DNA of 64,000 nucleotides from Squalus acanthias (Eukaryota). The notes beneath the pieces are model-generated. The model saw nothing but the letters and a program-made list of their open reading frames with translations. It was not told where the DNA came from and made no database searches. The DNA lies in NCBI GenBank assembly GCA_030390025.1, contig CM059431.1, positions 98,892,001 to 98,956,000 of the forward strand, in the 5' to 3' direction. Shown in pieces: positions 28,345-40,827 of this stretch. Position numbers and translations under genes: made by a program. Numbering within the stretch: position 1 is the stretch's first letter; each line of letters opens with the position of its first letter.

Positions 28345-29350
28345 CAAAACCATCGAGGGTTACAGCACAAGAGGTCATTTGGTCAACTGTGCTGGCCTTT
28401 TGCTCGAGCAGCCAAAAGTAATCCCACTGCCCTGCTCTCTTCCCCATAACCCTGTATCTCTTCCTCTGCTTTGAATGTTTATCCAAATGTTCCCATAAAA
28501 TATGCAATGATCTCTGCCCCAACTCGTTCTTGTGGCAAAACATTCCATGCTCCAACCCTCTGTTTAAAAATAGATTCTCCTAACCTTGCTCCTCATTTTA
28601 AATTAATGAGCCCTCATGACTGACCTCCCAACCAGAGAAAATAGTCTTTCCCTATTCACTATCAAAATCTTTCCTAGTTTTAAAATCTCCTATTTTCTGC
28701 TCCAGTAGAAATTGTCCTAATAGGACCAGAGGTACAGGCCTAGGCCATTCAGTCCCTCGAGCCTGTTCAGCCATTCAATGAGATCATTGCTGATCTGTAA
28801 CCTAACTCCATGTACCCACCTTGGCTCCATATCCCTTAATATCTTGGCTAGCAAAAATCTATCAATCTCAGATTTAAAATTATTAACTGAGCTAGCTTCT
28901 ACTGCTTTTTGTGGGAGAGAGTCCCACACTTCTACCACCCTTTGCGTGCAGAAGGGTTTTCTAACTTCTCTCCTGAATGGCCTGGCTCTGATTTTAAGGT
29001 TATGTCCCCTTGTCCTAGACTCCCCTGCCACCGGATAAAAGTTTCTCTCTATCTACCCTATCAATTCCTTTCAAAATCCTAAAAACCTCAATCAAATCAC
29101 CCCTTAACTTTCTATATTCCAGGGAATACAAGCCTAAGTTTATGTATCTCCTCAAATGGAGCTTCCCTTCCCCAGAATCACCCTGGTGGATCTAAGCTAT
29201 ATGCGCTGTATGGCTTTAATGCCCTTTCAATAATGGGGTGCCCAAAACTATACAAAGTACCCCAACTTTGACCTAACAAATGTATCATTACTTCTTTACC
29301 TTTTTTCTTAACACCTCTATTTATAAAGCCCAAAATACTGTTGGCCAGGA
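28345..29350 (-). mobile_element. Two adjacent CR1 3' fragments
   Basis: Minus ORF SRTRGHNLKIRARPFRREVRKPFCTQRVVEVWDSLP; two 3' tails near 28350 and 28720. Confidence 0.8.
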
Positions 29351-30091
29351 CCAGAACACATTTTGGTGGTATCATTATCTTTTCCTGTCCCTAAAATTTT
29401 CTACCTTTTTTAAAAAATCCCAAAGCAAACTGTGAATACATCAAAAATATTTATATAGCAGCTACAAGTAGAGTTAGTTTAAAATTGGAATTGTAAATAG
29501 GAACGTGTACTATGTTAGAAAGAGACTAGCTTTTTCTAAATGACAGTAACATTCTAAGGGGAGGTTGAAAATCGAGAAAACTTGCCTATTAACAGGCGCC
29601 ACCTCACCGAAGGCCATCTCCCATTAACAGGAGGACAAAAATCAAACTTTGGTCGCTGAAATTTCAAAACAGAAGCACTGCAAAGAGTGTAAGGAAAGGG
29701 TTAATTAGACAGTCCTGAAGTCTGCTAAAGTTATACTATTGACTTCTCTTTATATTGTACTAATAGTAACCTTTAGTCGTTGCCTGTTAAGCAGGAAGTT
29801 TAAGTCAATTTAAAGTACCACTGGACCAGTGAGCCTGGGCTGACCGTAAAGCAATGGTCAGTTTGGTCACTTCAGTAAACCGAATGAAAGAGACATGCCA
29901 CTGCATCCTGCAGAGAACTTTAATCAGTTGATAGTGTGCAGGAAAAGCAGTTATGTTTGCAAAGGAACACACCTGGGTTGACTGGTATGAAATCATTCTG
30001 AATCAAAGACAGACTTGTAATTAAAACTTTCACTTGGTAGAATAGCAATTATATATAACGAGAGTGAAACTATCAAGAAGATAACAAACTA

Positions 30092-30565
30092 GAGCCATCC
30101 TTTGTTTCTTAACCTGTCCCATTACCATCTCCTTTTGCCTTGAATATCTCTTAACCTCTCCTGCCTTCCAGCCTATCACAGACCTTCCCTTTTGTTCTTT
30201 CATCTCCTCCCCCCTTTCCCAGCCCCTACACTTGCTTAAAAATCTGTTCCATTTCCTGCTTTTTTCCAGTTCTGACGAAAGGTCATCGACCTGAAACGTT
30301 AACTCTGTTTCTCTCTTCACAGATGCTGCCTGACCTGCTGAGTATCTCCAGCATTTTCTGTTTTTATAACAAACTAGGAGTTGTACCAGTCTACGGAAAA
30401 ACTCATTAAAACTAAAGTTATTGATAAGGGATAAGTCAACTAAATTCTCCTTATTATGGAAAAGCAGTTCTGACAAAAGGTCATCGACCTGAAATGTTAA
30501 CTCTGTTTCTCTCTCCAGATGCTGCCTGACCTGCTGAGTATTCCCAGCATTTTCTGTTTTTACTC
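30092..30565 (+). mobile_element. Penelope-like family B, two tandem terminal units (30092-30367 and 30466-30565)
   Basis: Repeated agttctgac.aaaggtcatcgacctgaaa.gttaactctgtttctctct..cagatgctgcctgacctgctgagta. Confidence 0.75.
30268..30304 (+). ncRNA. Minimal type I hammerhead ribozyme motif
   Basis: aguu CUGACGA a agguc-auc-gaccu GAAA cg UU aacu; palindromic AACGUU. Confidence 0.7.
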
Positions 30566-32564
30566 TATTATGGAGTTGTATTTTAACTTTTATACAGTGA
30601 TGTAATGCAGAATTGTGTGGATTGTCACGCGGAGGGAGTAAGAGAAATGTATAAAAACTGGCCGTTTGTAATGAGTATTTAGATTCATAAAGGCCCAAGA
30701 TACTCAGCTCAGAACTGTAACACTTTTGAATCCTCAACTAATTATTATTAGGTCTGGTTGCAAATATTACCTTAAGTACTGTTACATGTACTGTATGCTT
30801 AGTAAATCTGTAATACCCGATATTCAGTGTACAAGAACCTTATTGATTTGAGGGGTAATATATAACTAAAAGCACCTATTCTCCCACAAGAAACCAACTA
30901 AATGTACTGATAGACCAGTTATACTATACGACTGGTATTGATGCAGAGCTGTTTCACGGAAACAAAGGCCTAGGATTCCTGCCACCACAATTCCTTCCCC
31001 TCTCCCCTCTGACCCCAGCCACATTTGCAGCCTTAGGGTCTTTGGGAAGCGAGCTCAGAGGCCTCTGCGGAAACTTGCTGAGGCAGGGCTTTGGTGCCGT
31101 CGCAGTGGGAGAATGAGATGGCCAGCGAGCTGCTTGATCAAAAACATTTTTAAATTTTCAAATTTTATTAAGGCTGCAAATAGTGACACCACAAGTCCCG
31201 GGCAGAATGGAGATGATTGGGTAATTCCCCAGTCAAACACACCTGCTGTAATTGACGGATTGATTTTACACACAGAATTTGTATTGTGTAACTACCCTCT
31301 ACTCACTGCATTTTGCTGGAGAAATAATCCTACTTTTATCGGGAGAAGTTGCTGTAGTTTCGGTCACGAATTCAGCTTATGTAGTTCGTAGAGTCTGTGT
31401 TTAAATAGACTTTTTGCTGTAAATCCCAGCCCCCACATCCAACTCAATGACTGACAGTGGTGTCAATACTCGGTCCGTTTTATTAATGGGACCTGTGGTG
31501 GCGACACTCTGAAAGTACCTGCAATAGGCACATTCGCAGTTTTTAAACCCACGGTCCCCTCCACTGATCACTGGACACGGAGACCGAATAGGCAGGCCCT
31601 GCGCCCGGTGTTACAAGAGTGCAAATGCAAGAATCAGCATGTCCCTTGTTTTCATCTCTTCACCATGACACCCACACATGGCAGGCACAGCATCTCCCCC
31701 ATCCCCCTCCGGACAAGCTGCCTGCTGAAAACTGCGGCAAGGCAGGGATGCAGCGGAGTGCGTCTCCATGTTACTTTCTGCCTCCACGCACCCCAGCTCT
31801 TCGGGGGAAAAGAAAGAAAAAAAATTCCACCAGGAGTAAAGGAATCAGATGGAAAGCCTAGGCCCGAGTGTGTAGTCTAACTTGGGAGTGAAGCACCAAG
31901 ATAGAATTCGAGCAAGTGCTACAAGACCATTTGCAGGAGGTTGTCTCACCTGTACACTAACCACAACCAGTGCACAGCCTAGAAACTTTTTAAACGTTAA
32001 AACTATATCAGCAAAGAGCACACTGCCTTGCCGAGTTCGCCAACATTACAAATTAGCCAGTATTTGGGCACAGGTGAGAAGAGTTCTGCTTCGGCCAGCC
32101 AGAGCGCTCTGTATAAGTCAACACTGCTGGCTCTATCAATCCCAGCACGCGTCAGTCTCAAACAGATATCTTCAATTAATGAGTTATGGTGCAACAAAGA
32201 AACCTAAATCTGCCTAAATTTTATTTTGAATCATGAAAAGCATTAACAGATGCAGAGGAGAAATCTAGACAATCCAATTAAAAGGTAAGAACTAATAATT
32301 TGATATTAGCTTATTTAAATTAGAAGTGAAAAAGAGGGGTGAATGGCGGAACAGGCTAGAGGGGCTAAATGGCCTACGCCTGTTCCTATGTGAATATAAA
32401 CTTTGCCAACACTTATGAAACCAAGTGTTATACAGAGTATGTACTGTACAAACTGGAAAGCAAAAATTGCAGCACATCTTTGTTACATTTGTTTTGAAGT
32501 ACCAAATGTTTACGATACTGTGCATTTTCAATTACTGCAGCTGAACTGACCTAGATAATAATAG

Positions 32565-33274
32565 CCTGGGGTTTCCTCCGCATATATGCCCAGATACACA
32601 CACACAATCTGGGCATAAACAAATTACATGGCTTAAAAGATCGTAGAATTTTGGGCGTAACTGAGCTAGCGCGCAATTACAACACGCCCAAGTCGCCTTG
32701 ATCTTTTACATCCGTCCATCAAACCCTCCGTCCGAACAAATCTCCACCCACAAAACTGGCCGCACGTCCCAGACTCTCAAATGTGAGTAGCACCAATTGG
32801 GCTTGTTCGGGAGTCTCCCAACAGTGACGAGATTTTCAGATGCAGCACGAAAGTGTCATTTTTCTGGTTCTTTAATTGCAATTCTTTGCCTGCTTTTTAA
32901 AAAAAATTATCCTTACTGAGATCTGCTCTCTATTATTTGTTTCTTTTAATGCATTTTTATGGCAAATCAGAAGTCACATTAAAAACTGAAAAGCTACCCC
33001 GAATGCAGGTTCGTACATGTTGTGCCTGATGTGCATGCATGATGGTTGAATGAGTTGAAACTGAAATTTCAAGACTCAAGAAACAGACTGGTATAGGTTC
33101 GGCATTTCCTTGGGCTCCGATTGTTTCAGCTGGTATATGCCAATTTACACCCATTTTGATTTGGGGCGTATTCTAATGAGATTGGGAGGATGCTTGGGCG
33201 TTTTGCAACACTGGCAAAATGGGCACGATTTCAGGTGCAACTTCCAGGTTTGTGCCCATGGAGGAAACTCCAGG
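32565..33274. mobile_element. Old non-autonomous DNA element (MITE-like)
   Basis: 15-bp terminal inverted repeat CCTGGGGTTTCCTCC / GGAGGAAACTCCAGG (1 mismatch); AT-rich centre. Confidence 0.55.
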
Positions 33275-33913
33275 ACAACTTATTTAAGAGCACAATGATA
33301 AAGCTCCCTAGATAGCTGGGCTAATTGAGGTAGCCAAGCCATGAAGACTAAGAAGGTCTCCAGATTGATTCCTGATCCGTGCTGTTAGCTCACCTCAAGT
33401 GGAACCACTGTAGATGTGCAAATAGCCAGCATCACAATTTAAGGAAGGAAAAGAAGCACATGCAAAGTTCTTGCTTCTGCTTGCTATCCGGTGACACTCA
33501 CTAAATGTGCACTGTGGATGTTGGGCGATGACAGGAAAGGTTTGGCTGTAATTGGTACCCTCTAACACCAGTCAAATAGCCTATCAAAGCTCACTGTCTT
33601 AGTTCACGTCAAGAATAGCCACATGGATGCCCAAAGTCGATGGCTACCAGATCAAGACCCCAGTAAGGAAAGTTGTTTTTGAAATTTGGGAACACAATTA
33701 TTTTCCACCCATAAATTACCTAAGGTGGTGACGGTGGTCTGTAATTGTTTTTACAACTGAGTGGCATGCTAAGCCACTTCAGAGGGTATCGAGTCAGTCA
33801 CGTAGCATAGACGAGTCACAGGCAGGCCAGACCGAGTAGGGGGTGGCAGATTCCCTTCCTTGAAGAACATTAATGGACCAGTTGGGTTTGTACAACAATC
33901 CAGGAACATTACA

Positions 33914-34272
33914 ATGTGTACCATCTACAAAATGCATTGCAGCAACTTGCCAAGGCTTCTTCGACAGCATCTCCCAAACCCCTGACCTCTAACACCTAGA
34001 ATGACAAGGGTAGCAGACGCATGGGAACACCATCACCAGCAAATTCCCTTCCAAGTCACACACCATCCTGACTTGGAAATATATCGTCATTCCTTCATCA
34101 TCGTCGGATCAAAATCCTGGAACAACTCCTACCTAACAGCACTGTGGGAGTACAGCAGACTGTAGCGGTTCAAGGCGTCAGCTCACCACCACCTTCTCAA
34201 GGGAAATTAGGGATGGACAATAAATGCTGGCCTTGCCAGCGATGCCCACACCCCATGAATGAATAAAAAAAA
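33914..34272 (+). mobile_element. 3' fragment of the same LINE family as 46577-47736
   Basis: High similarity to 47385-47736; A-rich end. Confidence 0.85.
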
Positions 34273-35274
34273 AGTATTTTTTTTCTGGTACCTAGCCAAC
34301 AGATTAATTCAATTTTGCAAGTTGGCATGGTTGGATTTGAACTCACATCTTGGCTGCCACTCCAGTACCATAGCCACTACACTGCTCTACCCACTAATGC
34401 CTTCAGGAGGGAGGGTAAGGAAGAAATTATGGGGAAAAAGAAAAAAAAAATGCATCTACACCTAGAAAACAAAGCTCCACCAAATAAGCACGTTCCATAG
34501 CCTGACACCGTTGATAGTTCAGCAGGAGCTGGAACGCTCGGAGAGCAAAATGGTAATGTCATCCTGCTGCAGTCTTCTGACATTGGGCAGAACAGAACAG
34601 AGTTTCTCTTGTCACACTGTTGTAGTATTTAACATGTATGCTGTAGCTGGCCAGCTAAGAACACAAGATAGCCAGGCTGCAGCTATTGAAACAAAAGTTG
34701 GCTCCAACTAGATCACCTCAACTTAAAATCAATCCCAAGTATTAGTTTGGAGATTAAATGTGTTGGTTCTGCTCTAACGTCTGGATTCAACTCCCCACAT
34801 CGTCCAATGGACAATCATAACATGCACTGAAGCTGCTCTTTACACATAACAGGACAAGTCCAGCTCCTTGAGTCAGGGGCAATACTAGCAAATATGACAT
34901 CAGCTACAAGTCACAAATAATTGACACCGAGTTCCAGTGCAATTGCAGGTCCGTGACACATGACACTTCAATGTTCTGAGGCCACAGAACGTCAGAACCA
35001 CCTAATTCAATACAGCGCAACTCATAAGTCACACCAGCTTATATAGCTGACCCATGTCAGACCTAACCAACGAAGCTCCAAGCTGACACTGGGTACCAAG
35101 CATTCCATTCCCAAACAACATTTCAGTGAGCACAAAATTTCTACCCAGCTAAAAACACATACCAATGAACAGCTTTTACACCCAAAACAATTGCATCACT
35201 TAGTTGGAAGAGATAAAAGCTTGAAAACAATTTAAAAACCTATTTCAAAATTTTAAAAATGTGCATCTCCTGTG

Positions 35275-35710
35275 GTGTATACAGCACAGAAGGCTGCCAC
35301 TCGGCCCATCGTGCTTGTGCCGGCTCTTTGGTAGAACTCTCCAATTAATCCCACTCCCCCCTGCGCCTTCCCCATAGCCCTGCAATTTGTTTTCCCGCTT
35401 TAAGTATGTATCCAATTCCCTTTTGAAAGTTATTATTGAATCTGCTTCCACCGCCCTTTCAGGCAGCGAATTCCTGATCACAACAACTCGCTGTGTTAAA
35501 AAAAATGTTTCCTCATGTCGCCTCCGGTTCTTTTGCCAATCACCTTAAATCTGTGTCCTCTGGTTACCGACCCTCCTGCCACTGGAAATAGTTTCTCCTT
35601 ATTTACTCTATCAGAACCATTCATGATTTTGAACACCTCTATCAAATCTCCCCTTAACCTTCTCTGCTGTAAGGAGAACCACCCCAGTTTCTCTAGTCTC
35701 TCCACAGAGT
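35275..35710 (-). mobile_element. CR1 3' fragment
   Basis: RRLRGDLIEVFKIM...TRGHRFKV; CR1 tail. Confidence 0.85.
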
Positions 35711-37704
35711 AGAGTTAAGAGGCTGGGGATAATATTGAGCTAAGGTGTGGAGATGTAATTGAGTCCCTGTTTCAAGTCATACATTCGGTCTTTATTTTTA
35801 TGTAATATTTTAATGTGTGCATATAAATTACAGTTATTTCCCATTATATTGGAAGATTAGTGTAGAGTCAGCTACAGGCCCTTCCAAGTCTTCATTTTAA
35901 GCCCCGGGTTGGAATGTAGCTTTTAAGTTGATACTCCAGCATCGTACTCACGTGTGAAGTCTTGAGATTCAATTAACACTGCAGCGTGTATAATTTCTGG
36001 GAGATTCTTGAAACTGACCAATGTCTTAAAAAGCCCCACTCCCTCTCCCACAGAAAATAACACTTTGAACTGAACTCAAGATTTCACATTCTATTCAAGC
36101 TAAATAAATCACTCATTACTAAGTGGGACAAAGTCTCTCCATGGTCAATTAACATTACTCCAAACTAGTCAAAATTAGGTTCTTTTGCATTAAGAGAAGA
36201 CAAAATGTGCAGGAGGAGATTAATTCTTTACATAACCTAAAATTTAGGAAAAAATGTACTCGTGCAAGACATACAAAGATGACTGTATTATACAAAGAAT
36301 AAATATTAGCACATGACAGCTAATGTAGTACATACCAGGAAAGTTACCAACATTTAATCATTTAAAAATTGTACCAGTCGTCAAATGCAATGAAAATCTA
36401 TAATATAAAATTACTTAAACTAGAAGAATTTGTGCAAAAATACTGGTTTTATTAAAATATGCTAGATGGGCCCTAACTGAAAGATGAATACCCCAGCCTA
36501 TTTTTTTCATTTCAATGGTTCAAATCATGGTTCCCAAGTACTAGGATTGCAGGAGGGATTACTATTTTGTTCATTTTCCTTATCCTTCACTTTTGAACTA
36601 ATACCAAGTTAGCTGTAGGTTTCATGGAGGCTATCCCATTGTAACTGCTTCACCAGTTTTGCAGGCAATTAGTCAGACACCAAGAATGAGCCAATTCCAA
36701 GACTTTCCAAACACTGAGTTCTCATCCCTCCCTCATCCCCCACAATCGAACTTTCTGGAAAATGCTCAGTTTCCAGTATGCCCATTTTTATAAGGTATCA
36801 GGTAAGAATTTCATAAAGGGAAGTTTTTCCAATTAGGAACTTTGAGCAAAAAATAAACACTGTGCACTTGTACAACATTTTGCTTCTCTTAACCACATCC
36901 TACAGCAGAGGGGGTGGGGGGGGGGGGAGATGAAATAGTTAAGGAAAGCTAAAATTCTCGAAGAATTTCATAAAAAGGTGCACAAATTATTAGGGTTGGG
37001 GTATTCTTTTAGTCACTACACCATCTCGAATACTTTAACTTGATTCCTCACTACCAGTATTCAAAAGCCTCCTTAAAAAAAAAATTCATTCTCATTTGTG
37101 CTTTTGACCACCCTCCCTTCCTTTTCCTTTCTTGATGTCCCCATTATTCTGCTTTAAACATTCAGGCTTTAAAAAAAAAGCATGGAGCCGTACACAAATT
37201 TTTAATTGAGAATCTGAAATCCAATTTCCATTCTATGTTCGGTGATCCATTTTATAGATAAACCACACAAATTGTAAGAAGTCACAAATCCATGTTATAT
37301 ACACCTATGTAGGCTTATATATTGACATCATGTAGAAACTAATTTAAGATTACACATTGATACCATATTAGCAAAAAAGTTGTGTATAACTCTACCAAAT
37401 ATTTTATACCGATCTCAAAGTAGAGAATCATCATCAAAACTTTATATATTTACAAGCGAGGCCATTTCAGAATGAAATTCCTCCTTAAACGTTCGCTCCA
37501 GTATCAGATGTACAATAGGGAGTTGCTCAATGCATGCATGTCTTCCTTCATGAATTGCAAAACTACTGTTTCACTTCCCAATACTGGTGCAAGTCACTGC
37601 TCAACTCCTCCATCTCTCCCTCCCTACCCTCCTTGGATGATTGATGTAGTTATGCAGTGATACAGTAGACCCTCAGCCAATTCACCTGCCAGTTACACGC
37701 AGAC

Positions 37705-38030
37705 GTGTAGATGCCGAGAGGCTGTTTCCCCTGGCTGGGAAGTCTAGAACCAGGGGTCACAGTCCCAGGATAAGGGGTCGGCCATTTCGGACTGAGATCA
37801 GGAGAAATTTCTTCACTCAGAGGGTTGTGAATCTTTGGAATTCTCTACCCCAGAGGGCAGTGGAGGCTCAGTCGTTGAGTATATTCAAGGCTGATGATCA
37901 GCCATAATCTTATTGAATGGCGGAGCAGGCTCGAGGGGCCGTATGGCCGACTCCTGCTCCGATTTCTTATGCTCTTATGATAGATTTTTGGGCTCTAGGG
38001 GAATCAAGGGATATGGGGATCAGGGAGGAA
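37705..38030 (+). mobile_element. CR1 3' fragment (rearranged)
   Basis: ttcttcactcagagggttgtgaatctttggaattctctacc and gaatggcggagcaggctcgaggggccg tail. Confidence 0.8.
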
Positions 38031-38389
38031 GGAAATGGAAAGAGGAGAGATGGGGAAAGAGAGGAGAGGGATGCATCGGGCCGAGGATGTGGGGGGAGTC
38101 GGGCGGAGGTTCAGGGGGAATCGGGCCGAGCAGTGACGCTCTCAGTTTGACAGGCGCCTGGTTACCTTCCTATTTATTTCCCGCATAGCACAAACGGGGG
38201 GGGGGGGGGGGGGGAGAAAGAGAGAGAGAGAGAGGAGGAGGAGGAGGAGGAGCTGCTGTTGAGATCAGCTATCCACCCCCCTCACCCAGGGGCTGTGCAG
38301 CCGGCGGCAACCCCAGGCTCGGCCGATCGGCCTGCGGACTAAAGTCAGACACCCGCCCACAGGGGTGTTTTATAAGGGACCCTTCCTGT

Positions 38390-38730
38390 GCCGGGTGCGG
38401 GGGTTGGGGTGAGGTGGGCCGGGCGGGGGTGAGGTGGGCCGGGTTGGGGTTCAGCTGGGTCCGGGGGCGGGTTGAGATGAGATGTGAGCCGGGGGCGGGC
38501 CGGGGTTGAGCTGGGCCCGGGTGTTGGGTTGTGGGGGTCCGGGGTGAGGTGAGCCGGGGGTTGGACCCGGTTTGAGGTGGGCCCGGTGTGAGATGGGGTG
38601 GGCCGGGTTGAGGTGAGGTAAGCCGGGCCGGGGTGAGGTGTGAGATGGGGTGGGGTGGGGTGGGCCGGGTTGAGGTAAGGTAGGCCGGGTCCCGGGTGAA
38701 GTGTGGGGTGAGGTAAGCCGGGTCCGGGCA
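38390..38730 (+). repeat. Degenerate G-rich tandem repeat (GGGCCGGG(G/T)TGAGGT-like) at the start of ATP6V1A intron 1
   Basis: More than ten recurring gggccggg / tgaggt units. Confidence 0.85.
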
Positions 38731-38737
38731 CCTTTAC

Positions 38738-38800
38738 CTGCTCCGCTCCGCTCCCGCCTCTCGCACTCCTGCAGTCCGCTGACAGTCAGCTGACACCCGC
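38738..38800 (-). other. ATP6V1A: Putative non-coding exon 1 of ATP6V1A (5' boundary approximate)
   Basis: CAG|GTAAAG donor on the minus strand at 38738/38737, just downstream of GC box, ETS-like and NRF1 motifs in a CpG island; exon 2 has its own acceptor, so an upstream exon is required. Confidence 0.65.
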
Positions 38801-39720
38801 CTCCTGCGCATGCGCGTACTCGGAAATGCAGGAGGGGCGGGGCCACAGTAAAAGCACTTTTTTTTTAAACTCGCTTTTATTGTAATATTATTATCCCGGG
38901 CGGAGACTAAAATCTCAAAAAGTGCAAATAAATCACAAATAAAACAGTCACCGCTTTGTGTTTAAATAATTTAAGGTGCATCGACGTCACTTGTAGGTGA
39001 CGTCAGCAGATTTTTTTCTTCCATTCCCAAGATAATTTTTTTTCAGAAAAAAATGCAAATTCATTTAAAATTTGATTCTTTCCAGAGGTGTAAAGTGTTT
39101 TAAAAGTTGATTATATCTTCCCCCCCCCATTGATAAATTACAAATAAATTCTTCCCGGGTCACGTGATCGCAGGGTTCGAGTTAAAAAAAATCTTTTTTT
39201 TTAAATAATAAAACGATATAACACAAATACGATGCTAACGGACTTTTATTCAGAATTCACTTATACGCGAAGACGGATTAAAACAATAAAAATTTGAAGC
39301 AGGAGCGCGGGGGGTCAAAAGGTCATATAGGCACGTTTAAATAGTTTGCGTGTTTTGAAGGAGGTTAAATATTAAAATATATATATATATATTCTTGTTA
39401 AAAGTGAAAAAAGAAGCGAATTTTAAACCGCCGGTGTTTTTGGTGCGAGTTATTATTTCTGACAGGATGGGTTCGGCTTCGGGCTTCGTGCTCGGCTCCA
39501 CTCGGTTGGGGTTCGGCTCCACTCGGCTGGGCTCGGGCACCGCTCGGCTCCACTCGGGCCCCGGCGGCGGGGGGGGCGAGGGTCAGAGGTCAGAGGTGGC
39601 AGTGGGTGGCGCGGAGCGAGTGGCATGTGTTAGAGGCTGAGGAGGAGTTGGGCGATTAGCTTCATCCCCCGCCGCCGCCGCTGCTGCTCGGTCACCAGGT
39701 GAAGACGGACAAGCGCCCGC
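38780..39720. promoter_or_regulatory. Bidirectional CpG-island promoter shared by ATP6V1A and NAA50
   Basis: GTCAGCTGAC 38785-38794; NRF1-type TGCGCATGCGCG 38805-38816; GC box 38834-38843; CRE TGACGTCA 38998-39005; CLEAR-like GTCACGTGAT 39159-39168; DR2 39312-39325; DR1 39580-39592; CpG-rich flanks. Confidence 0.85.
39468..39560 (+). repeat. Short tandem repeat (CTCGGCTCCA-like) upstream of NAA50
   Basis: ctcggctccactcgg-like unit occurs three times, plus degenerate units. Confidence 0.75.
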
Positions 39721-39721
39721 C

Positions 39722-39729
39722 ATGAAGGG
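39722..39729 (+). CDS. NAA50: N-alpha-acetyltransferase 50, coding part of exon 1 (ATG AAG GG)
   Basis: Kozak-like cccgccATG, donor |GTGAGT at 39730; joins exon 2 in frame to give MKGSRIELG. Confidence 0.93.
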
Positions 39730-40827
39730 GTGAGTATACCCGGCCCGGCCTTGGGGAAGCGGCGGGAGCTGCGCGCCGGACTTCTTTAGTCAAGTTGTTG
39801 CTGGAGTTTGGGCCTCCCTCCCGCGGCCTCTCACTCCGGGTGCTGCATTCACAATCTGGATTACAGACTAATCCCGCAGTACAGTCACCCCGGGAGAAGC
39901 CTCCTTCCTTCCATTATAATACTTTTCATAATGGGTCAAGAAAATCACTTCCCACCCCCCGCCCCCCAACAGCCAATAATTGGCTGAAACAGCTCATTTT
40001 AGGCCAGTGATTTCTGACTTGTATATTTGCACATTGACAGACTGGAAGTTTGGAGTGTTTCACTTGGTGCTGTCTGTCTTTCTGTGAATTTTTTTTTTGC
40101 ACTGGGAATGTAATCCTATTTTTTAGACATCAGATTATTGTGTAACTTTCCAACTGTCTGCTTGCGCCCAATGTGGGCAGCAAAAACAAATTCACTAAAC
40201 CTTTTTTTTTGGTTGGGGGGGGGGGACGTTTCCTATCTGAAGCCTAAGGACACTTGTGTAGCGTTTTACGACCCCCATTTGGAACAAAATCTGAAATGTC
40301 AATCACTAACATTCGGAGGGTGGTGAAGTTTGCACAGAAACCTTTTCAATTTAACTTTTAAAAAGTAACAGCAAGTTTTTGCCGCTTTTTTAAAAAAACT
40401 TTCAAAAGTGCTTCTAACCATTTTGTCAGACGGTCATTTATTTAAACTGCTGCTTTTAATATTTTTTTTCTGTAGCAGCAGTTATATTAAAGCAATGGTA
40501 CAATTTGAGACAAAACTTTCATTGGCTGTAAAGCGTTTTGGGAACGTCCTGAGGTCGTGCAAGGCGCTATATAAATGCAAGTCTTCCTTTTTCTATCTTT
40601 CGAATGATTATCCTGAATTGTAAGGACATGCCATTTGTATTAAATTGAAAAATCTAAAAAAAGTTTGTCCAGCAATGTTTCTGAGCCCACACTCTAATTT
40701 GTTTTATTGTGGAGTAAAAGGAAGGGGAGGATTGGGATTTGTGAAATTATGTATATTTTTGGTAATTTGAGATTGAAAAGAGGATATATAATGTTCTGTC
40801 ATGTGTTTATTCAATTTTTTTTTAAAT

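Noticed and set aside
30030..30737. 235-aa minus-strand ORF with an internal repeat (RETELTFQVDDL)
   Set aside because: It is read through two tandem Penelope-like ends; the same peptide appears at 12642 and 63623; it has a non-ATG start and no splice support.
38345..38846. Proline-rich ORFs of 128 and 131 aa
   Set aside because: Stop-free by-products of the GC-rich tandem repeat in the CpG island.
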